A stretch of 64,000 bases of DNA from Blastocladiella emersonii ATCC 22665 (Eukaryota > Fungi > Blastocladiomycota). Below are positions 56,319-64,000 of the stretch, one piece after another; the stretch's first letter is position 1; every line of letters begins with the position of its first letter. Location of the stretch: the NCBI GenBank assembly GCA_025594325.1, contig JANHCV010000001.1:3596001-3660000 (forward strand). The letters run 5' to 3'. A program made the translations under genes and the position numbers. The notes below the pieces were generated by a model that was not told where the DNA came from, searched no databases, and worked only from the letters and a program-made list of their open reading frames with translations.

Positions 56319-57500
56319 TCAGTCAAGATCGTGCTCGAGCTCGAACCCCTCGGCGTCGCCCTCGACGTAGCTCTCGTTGACGTCGTCGCCGTCGCCGCGG
56401 AAAAAGTCTTCGGTGCGGAGCGGGCGCACGTTCACGTTCTGGGACTCGAGCGAGGCGACGTTGCCCTTGGCGGAGCGCAGGTACTCGCGGACGGGGATCA
56501 TGGCGGCGTTGCGGCACAGCTCCTTGAGGTCGGACCCCGAGTAGCCCTGCGAGTGGAGGACGATCTTGTCGAGGTCAAAGTCGCCGTCGAGCACGGTGCC
56601 CTTGAGCATCAGGGTGAGGATCTTGCGGCGCTGGTCCGAGTTGGGCAGCTTGATGGCGAAGCGCTTGGGCATGCGGCGCAGCACGGCCTTGTCGAGGTCC
56701 TGCGGGCGGTTGGTGGCGCCGACGACCAGGATCCGGTGGTTCTCGCCCGACGCGAGCCCGTCCCACAGGCACAGCAGCTCGGCCTTCATCATGCTGGTGG
56801 TCTCGTGGTCCGACGACCGCCGCTCGCGCAGGAACGAGTCGATCTCGTCAATGAAGATGATGCTCGGCTCGAGCTTCTTGGCCAGCGAGAAGAGCGCGTT
56901 CACGAGCTTCTGGCTCTCGCCAAACCACTTCTCGGTCAGCGTCGACACGTGCACGTTGATGAAGGTCGCGCCCGACTCCTTGGCAAGCGCCTTTGCGATG
57001 TGCGTCTTCCCGCAGCCCGGCGGCCCGTAGAGCAGCACGCCCTTGGGCGCAGTGAGCAGGGAGTTCTTGCCGCCGACGCCCGAGAAGAGGTGCGGGTAGA
57101 CGAGCGGGTAGATGACCGACTCCTTGAGCGAGTCGACAATGTGGTCGAGGCCGGCGATCTGGTCAAAGCCCGACACGGACTCGTCGGCCGAGCTGACAAT
57201 CTCGCTGGCAATCACCTCCTCGTGCTCGGTCAGGCGCAGCGCGCGCAGGCGGTCCTGCAGCTCCTGGACCGCCGAGGCCGGCGTGGCGCCGGCGACCTGC
57301 TTGCGGGACAGCTCCTCTTTGCGCTTGCGGTACATGTTCTTGATGGGGTCGTTGCGGGCCATGATGTACCGCACCGTGTAGTACAGCGCAAGGTTGCTGA
57401 ACCCCAGCAGCAGCACGTCCGCAAGGTACTTGCCCTGCGGCGTCAGCCGGAACGACAGCAGCTTGGAGAAGAATTGTGCGATGGCGCCGCGCTCGGACAT
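56319..57500 (-). CDS. MSP1: AAA+ extractase Msp1/ATAD1; single exon
   Basis: N-terminal TM anchor, LTEHEEVIASEIV, KGVLLYGPPGCGKT, KWFGESQKLVNALFSLAKKLEPSIIFIDEIDSFLRER, HETTSMMKAE, GATNRP, LRRMPKRF. Confidence 0.93.
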   Translation of the reverse strand: MSERGAIAQFFSKLLSFRLTPQGKYLADVLLLGFSNLALYYTVRYIMARNDPIKNMYRKRKEELSRKQVAGATPASAVQELQDRLRALRLTEHEEVIASEIVSSADESVSGFDQIAGLDHIVDSLKESVIYPLVYPHLFSGVGGKNSLLTAPKGVLLYGPPGCGKTHIAKALAKESGATFINVHVSTLTEKWFGESQKLVNALFSLAKKLEPSIIFIDEIDSFLRERRSSDHETTSMMKAELLCLWDGLASGENHRILVVGATNRPQDLDKAVLRRMPKRFAIKLPNSDQRRKILTLMLKGTVLDGDFDLDKIVLHSQGYSGSDLKELCRNAAMIPVREYLRSAKGNVASLESQNVNVRPLRTEDFFRGDGDDVNESYVEGDAEGFELEHDLD

Positions 57501-57807
57501 GGTGTTGATTCGTTCGGTTGAGCGATGCATGTGGTCCCGTATAGGGAGCAGGAGAGGGAGCCTTGGTGGACGGCAGTCGGCGCTAGAAAGTGTTGAGCGA
57601 CGCGCCGCGGTGATGCCATTTTCGGTCGCGCTGACTTCACGTGGCGTGGCGATCGTCTGTGCGCCACCGGCCGCGCGCTTCTGCAGCGCAGCGACCCCTG
57701 CTGCCGGCCATCAACACGGCCCGCGCTCCCCGCTCTCGAGAGGGCCCCTCCAGTGCTGCCCGTGGTGCCGCCGCTACTCGCCCACTCGCACGCTGCTACG
57801 CATCGCA

Positions 57808-60149
57808 ATGACCAACGACAATACGCGCAAGTGGCTGATCGCCGCCGTGCTGATCGCCTCGCTGGCTGGCATCGGCGCCCTCTACGTCTCGCGCCAGCAG
57901 GGTGCCGCCGCCGGGTCGGCTGCTGCTGCGACCCGCGAGGCGCCCAAGAAGAAGAAGGTCAAGGCCGAGGAGCCCGCTGCGCCCGAGGTCAAGAAGGCCG
58001 AGGAGCCCCCGACGCCAGCACCTGTCGCGCCTCCAGCGGCTGCTGCGCCCGCGCCCGCGCCTGTCGCCAAGGAGGAGCCCGCGAAGGATGTCCCAGTGGC
58101 CAAGAAGGCCGAGCCCGTCGCTGACGGTACGCTGCGCCGTGCTGCGCATTGCGAGACCCCCGTCGTCTAACGCGTCGGCATCCTGCGCATCTAGTCGCGA
58201 CGGAGGCGCCCGCCGTCTCGATCGCGTCGCCCGAGGTCCAGGCCAAGCTGAGTCCCAAGGTACTCGCTCGCGCCCACGCCCGCGCGCCTCGCCCCCGCGC
58301 GATCGCCTGCTCACCCCTGTCGACTCGAACCCGTGTAGCAAAAAGAGGAGATGGCCCAGAAGCTCAAGGCCGAGGGCAACGAGCTGTACAAGGCCGGCAA
58401 GTTCTCCGAGGCCCTGTCCTACTACTCGCGCGCCATTGACCTGCAGCCCACCAGCTCCGTCTTCTGGTGCAACCGCGCCGCGTGCTACTCCAACCTCGTA
58501 CGCGCTTTCTTGGGCGGACTGCTTTCGCCGAGTCGCGTCACTCACGCCGTTGTCTTCGCCGATTAGAACGACCCCGCCAAGGTCATCGAGGACTGCACCA
58601 AGGGTACGCGTGCCCGTCGCCCGTGCCGAGATGCTCCAATGCTTACGCGTCACCGCGACGTGTAGCCATCGAGCTCGACCCCACCTACGTCAAGGCCCTG
58701 CATCGCCGCGCCATCGCCTTCGAGCAGCTCGGCCAGCTTCGCGACGCCCTCAACGGTACCGCCGACCGCTTCGGACCTCGCGTCGTGCGCAACCACTCAC
58801 TCCGCTGTTTTCGATCGCCGTAGACTTCACCACCATGACCATCCTCGACGGCTACAAGAACCCCTCGGCCATGAACTCGGCCGAGCGCCTCGTCAAGCAG
58901 CTGTCCGAGGAGCAGGCCATGGAGCTGCTCCCCAAGAAGACCCCCGCCCTCCCCTCGTCCACCTTCGTCTCCGCGTACCTCGAGGCCTTCCGGCCAAAGC
59001 CCTGCGCCGGCCTCCAGGGCGAGCTCGCCGCCGACTCGGCCGCCTTCCACCTCGCCCGCGGCCTCGACCTCATCAAATCGCACGACTACGAGGCCGCCGA
59101 CGCCGCCATCTCCAAGGCCGTCGCGCTCCTCGCCAACGACCAGAAGGACGACGTGGCCGCCTACGCTCACAACATGCACGGCACCTTCTTCTTCCTCAAG
59201 GGCCAGATTGACGCTGCCGCCGAGGCGTTCGAGAAGTCGCTCCTCATTGACGCCAAGCACATTAACACCATGAGTACGCTTCTCGCCCGTGCGACGGGAA
59301 GAATCCGGTGTACTGACGACGCGTCGCGCGAACCTCTCTCTAGTCAAGTGCTCCAACATCCTCATGGAGAAGGGCGACGCGACCGCGACGCTCAGCACGT
59401 TCGAGAAGGCCCTGCAGGTCGACGAGAACGACCCCGATATCTACTACCACCGCGGCCAGGTCAAGTTCCTCATGAACGACTTTGGCGGGTACGGCTCGCC
59501 GCTCGCCGCTCGCCGCTCGCCGCTCGCGCACGAACCCCGCATCGATTCGGAACTCAAGCTGACATCTTCTCGTCCACGTTCCGCCTGTAGCGCGTGCCTC
59601 GACTACCAGAAGAGCATCGACCTCGACCCGGCGTTCCCGTCGGCGTACATCCAGCTCGGCGTCAGCCAGTACAAGCTGGGCTCGATCCAGACGGCCATGG
59701 GCACGTTCAAGACGGCCATGACCATGTTCCCCAAGACGTCGGACGTGTTCAACTACTACGCCGAGCTGCTGCAGGACCAGGGCCGGTTCGCCGAGGCGGT
59801 CGAGTACTACGAGAAGTGCATCGAGCTGTCGCCCAACCAGCCCATGGGCTACATCAACAAGGCCATGCTCACGTTCCAGGTGTTCCAGGACGGACCCGCC
59901 GCCGAGAAGCTGCTCCGCACCGCGCTTGAGAAGGACCCGCGGTGCGACATCGTGTACATCCAGCTCGCCAACTTCCTCCTGCCCCAGGGCAAGACCGAGG
60001 AGGCCATCTCGTACTTTGACCGCGCCATCGACCTCGCACGCACCCTCCCCGAGCTCGTCAACGCTATCATGGCCAAGGAGTCGGTCCTCGCCCAGTACCA
60101 CGTCACCAAGGTCCTGCCCGCGTCCGTCATCGCTGAGGGCTTCAAGTAA
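57808..60149 (+). CDS. TOM70: Mitochondrial import receptor Tom70; 8 exons
   Basis: N-terminal signal anchor (WLIAAVLIASLAGIGALYV), a lysine-rich linker, then TPRs (LKAEGNELYKAGKF...NRAACY, YVKALHRRA, LPSSTFVSAYLEAF, DIYYHRGQV, AYIQLGV). Seven GT-AG introns. Confidence 0.93.
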
Positions 60150-60249
60150 GTAGTAGACTGCGTGTGTGAGTGTGTCGTTTTTTTGTTCTGTCCCTGTCAT
60201 TCGTTTCCTTGCCCCACCCACCATCAATGATTAGTTCTTACACGCTACC

Positions 60250-62300
60250 CTCTCTTTCGCGATCAATCAAGCTCAGTTAGCGACTCTCGGACGTAACGCG
60301 CTCCCGCAGCGAGCGTGCGGGCAGCGATCGCGACGCGTTGCTTCCGATCCGCTCGCAGCCTGCTTGCCACCTCGGATAGAGGCTTCTGGCAAATCAGGTT
60401 CTCGATCACGTCCGTGGTCATGCACACCAAGCCGGGCGCGAGCGCTGCGCCTCGCACCAGCAGGAGCAGGTTTCCGCTCCCGCGAAGAACACGGACGTGG
60501 CCATGAACAGGCCCGCAAAGGTCCTAGTCACAAAGTCCAGCGCCATGATATCTTCAGGGTCTCCTTTTCTACATTGAGGTTGTATCTGACCTGGACCGGC
60601 TCAACTGTGGTCACACCAATGTCCGTAACACGAAGGTTCTCGTCAAGCTTGGAGCGGTGGATCAAGGTGCTGCCACACTTTGCAAGCGTTGGAATCACTT
60701 CGATCATCATCGTTGCTACTCGTGTGATGGTGGTAACGGCATTTTTCGGGTGCGGCCATCATCTACTTCAGGTCGAGAACCGGGTCCAAGTTGCTCCGCA
60801 GTCCCGGAACTCGCATCGTGGTCGTTGATGCGCTGTCCGCGTGGCCAGGAGTACTGGTTTCTCGAGCCAAAGTGTTGGCAAATTTTAAGTGCTACCGCTT
60901 GAAGGACCCTGCTTATCATGTCACATGTCGTCCGCCAACGATATAGTCAAATTTCTGGTCAAACCGAGCTGAGTGACCGTGGCCAGGCACGCGACGATGG
61001 CCATGGCCATGGCCACCGTGGCCACCGCGGCCGGCGACTCGCAGCGAAAGTTTGCAGTCTTCGAAGAAAGGCTTGCATGAAAACGGAAGCTTAGAGCATG
61101 TTATGAAATCAGCATCTCCGTTGACCCACGCAAGGCTTGACATCGTATGTATGCATGTCATGCGCAATAACCGTCGCGTGCGACCGACGCGTTGCGCCAC
61201 GCTGATCATCGCCCTGATCGCGGCTCGCCCTGGATTCATTGACGCACATCGAGGCGCGAAAAGTCAAGATTCACATCATGGAAGCGGTAAACGCTACTCT
61301 TTCGCGTAATTACGCTCCTCAGGTACGACCACGTTTCAGCGGCGCGCAGCTTCTCACGTCAGCTTCGTCGACGCTGCAGTCCACAAGGCTAAACCTCAGC
61401 CACCTTGAACGAATTGCTGGTAAACGCCGCCCGCGACCGCCGGAACAGCAGTACAACTCACGGCAGCGTTTATTCGCCGACAGGGTGGTGAGCTTGTCGG
61501 AGCGATCGAGCCGAGCGACCGTAGCCAGGATCGCGACCACGGCCATGACCACCGCGGTCACCGTGGTCACCGCGACAAGCAATTCATGAAGTCAACACCT
61601 GGGACGCCTTGCTTTAAAGTGTTAGAGCGCATGTGTTTTGCACTGGGATGACTCGGGTACGATGAGGTCGCGGCAAAAAAGGTCGCCGCGACCCAAGGGC
61701 GACGCGCTGCGCCACTCACCTGACCTGAAACGCGACCTGCTTTCACGCTCCGCGATGCGCGCACTGCGACCCAAACCCGGGTCTGTTCGTAATCGTCCTT
61801 GGACAAGTATCAGCGGAGGTCCTGCCATAAGCCGTAGGCGGGCTTGAGCCCGTCGCGGCTACCGATGGCGTTTGACCGCGAGCAGAGCAGTTTCACGGAG
61901 GAAAAGGGCGAGTCCAGCAGTTCCCGTCGCAGGTTGAGCCCGACTGCCAAACATAGCTGATCTTCCTTGTCAAAGACGACAATACTACACGGCTTCCCGA
62001 GCCGCACGATAGACGCGTCGAGGTAGTCGCACTGCGCCCGTGCAGTGCTATTGCTCAAGGCCAGCACTCGCGTTGCGAGGATCAGTGAGTGACTGCACTG
62101 CAAGCCGTTCAAGGAGGCGAAGCGAGCGGAGAGCGATTTCACGCCGCTGACCGCAAGCGTGATGAACGATCACAGCTCGATCACGAAGGGCCAGGCTGGA
62201 ACCTAACCGCGGCAGTCGGGCGCGACCCACATGGGGCCAGCTGTCCGTTTCAGGGTCGTTTACCCGCGGTCGGCCCCGAGGAGGAGGTGGCGGCCACCAA
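60250..62300. other. Compositionally atypical segment with short broken ORFs and an internal degenerate duplication; no family recognised
   Basis: Visibly less GC-rich and lacking the host GC3 bias; stops in all frames. Segments 60966-61031 and 61508-61576 are similar to each other. Confidence 0.4.
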
Positions 62301-62952
62301 CCGTTGTTCGCCGGCCATGACGTGTGCCGCCACAAGCGGGCAGTCGCCGCCGTCGCCGACCTTGATTGGTCCCTGCCGGCGCGAAACGGCGCCGGCCGTT
62401 AGAGATCGGGCTTCGGGCATCGCCGGCACGGCCGCAGCGTCGCGCACGCGCAAGCTCCGTTCCTCCGAGTTGGGATAAGCTAGAGGAAACGCGTCGGAGA
62501 AGCCCGAATTTGGGGGCACGATGGCGCTGCCTGGGCCGGGAGTCGGGAGGCGACCGTAGCCGTGCCAAGGCCGATAGCCGTGGGGCGATGACGTGAATCG
62601 CGACGCGGATAAGCAGGCGCGGTGGGCGACCACGAGGGCAAACCGGCCGACCTGGGCCGCTGTGAAAAGCAGCAAAGTGCTTCGCCACCATGGCCGGCCA
62701 CCGGCCCGCTCCGCTCCGCCTTGCCTCGCCGCAGTCCGCCTCGCCGGCTCGCACGCGCGCGATCTCTTCTCTCTCGCGCGAGCGAGCGTCTGAGCGAGCG
62801 TGAACTTGAGCGCCGACCATCCCGGGTCTCCCACCACCGCACCGCCGCCGAGCCTCCCCCGTTCTCCTCTCTCCCTACCTCTCTCTCCTCTCGGTCGACG
62901 GCTCCGTGCTCGCGAGCGTGCTCTGACCCCGCGCCCACTTGCGATCGCCAAG

Positions 62953-63024
62953 GTACGCGCTCCTCTGCTGCTCGCGACGTTGTCGCGGTCGCGTCGTACA
63001 CCTTTTCTCTAACGGGTGGCTCAG
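62953..63024 (+). other. 5' UTR intron of the terminal gene
   Basis: GTACGC donor, CTAAC branch (63009-63013) and CAG acceptor; 72 nt, inside a pyrimidine-rich leader. Confidence 0.65.
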
Positions 63025-63355
63025 CGCGTCCCCTCCAGCCCGCCACCAGCCCGCGCCACGACGTCACCCTCGCCCCGCCGCCGCTTCGTCATCGGGAAGC
63101 CGCGTTCCCGACTACCGCAGCGCGCCCTCCAAGGTCGGCGTAGTGCTCGTGCTCTACGACGCTCTCCCCATCCGCCTCGCGCGCGCGCACTCGCACGCGG
63201 TCCATCGCCTCGGCTCGCCGGTCCCTTGCTTCGGCTCGCGCTCCTCTCTCCATCGACGCCATTCGCCGCCGCCACACTCGAACCACTACCGCCAACGACG
63301 CCGTCGGCCCTGCCGCCCTCGCCACCCTCTTCCACTTGACGCATTGCCCTCGGCC

Positions 63356-64000
63356 ATGCCCGCCAGCGCCGTTGCGCACGGAACGGGTCCCGTTTCCGAC
63401 CATCACCACCACCACGGCCATGCTGCCGAGCCGCACGCGTCGCTCCGGCGCACCCGCAGCGGTGGCGCGGGCAGTGACTCGCTCGCCGCCGCGGCATCGC
63501 ACGACAGCAGCCGCGACGCGTCTGCGCCACCACCACCACCACCACCGCCGACGCTCCTGACATCCGGTGCAGCAGCAGCCAAGTCAACTGCCGCCGCGGC
63601 GGCCGTGAGCCCCGTCGTGCCGCTGACGCCGAGCGCGCTGTTCGCCGCCGCCGCCGCCGAAACGCCCTCAACCACCACCGCGGGCTGGGCGTACTCGTCG
63701 TCGCTGCCCGTGTCGCCCGCGACGTTCATGGGCCGCGTCGCGTCGCCCGCCGCGTGGTCCACGTCGCTGCCGTCGGCCTCGGAGCTCGCCGCCACGCACC
63801 CGCCGTCGCCGCCCATTGCGCTCGCGCCCGTGTCGATCCATGGCGCCGCCGCGACACCGCCGCGCTCGCCCACGTCCGCGGGCATCGTCCCGCCGCCGCC
63901 CATCCCCAGCGAGCACGACTCCGGCTCGGTCCCGCGCCTCGTCGACCCCGTCATCCCGCTACCCGCCTTCTCGTCCGAAGCCCTCGCGACGCCCGCACGG
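63356..64000 (+). CDS. 5' part of a Pro/Ala/Ser-rich protein, truncated by the window end
   Basis: The frame from ATG 63356 (MPASAVAHGTGPVSDHHHHHGHAAEP...) stays open to base 64000 with host-like codon bias. No domain is visible in this part. Confidence 0.6.
   Translation, partial: MPASAVAHGTGPVSDHHHHHGHAAEPHASLRRTRSGGAGSDSLAAAASHDSSRDASAPPPPPPPPTLLTSGAAAAKSTAAAAAVSPVVPLTPSALFAAAAAETPSTTTAGWAYSSSLPVSPATFMGRVASPAAWSTSLPSASELAATHPPSPPIALAPVSIHGAAATPPRSPTSAGIVPPPPIPSEHDSGSVPRLVDPVIPLPAFSSEALATPAR

Noticed and set aside
1-64000. tRNA, rRNA, snRNA or intact transposable element
   Set aside because: By eye I saw no cloverleaf with A/B boxes, no rRNA-like sequence, no Sm-site snRNA, and no transposase or reverse-transcriptase motifs or terminal repeats. 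A formal tRNAscan-SE/Rfam/RepeatModeler run would be needed to exclude short elements.

Overview
This 64 kb window is gene-dense, GC-rich eukaryotic DNA from a fungus. It is most likely an early-diverging (zoosporic) lineage; that is an inference from fungal-type TYR1/RTC4/Laa2-like genes sitting alongside PDE9-, XPO7- and TMEM209-like genes. I built about 30 protein-coding gene models by hand. They contain about 65 short spliceosomal introns (mostly 50-100 nt; donors GTACGC/GTGCGT/GTCCGT; branch CTGAC/CTAAC; acceptor YAG). Most genes are housekeeping (RPA190, mito S13, RAD26, RPL42, CSN1, eIF2beta, TYR1, XPO7, RPL35, NDUFA9, PRP46, PIG-P, MSP1, TOM70 and others), and many are arranged in tight head-to-head and tail-to-tail pairs. 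Several genes are split into exons too small for the ORF track to show: a Kish gene, a YABBY-domain gene and an intact 7-exon divergent histone H3 variant at 43942-44911. The H3 variant has a canonical ARTKQTAxKSTGGK start, a tail about 30 aa longer than H3 with two K27-like motifs, and a CenH3-like fold with a 7-aa longer loop 1. Other notable points: an apparent GA-AG intron in Kish; GC-AG first introns in RPL35 and eIF2beta; unusually long, structured introns in both cytosolic ribosomal protein genes; a MSP1-TOM70 bidirectional pair; and two compositionally atypical segments (about 43.2-47.5 kb and 60.2-62.3 kb) carrying decayed coding relics. I found no rRNA, tRNA, CRISPR array or recognisable intact transposon. 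All family assignments come from motif recognition, not database searches.
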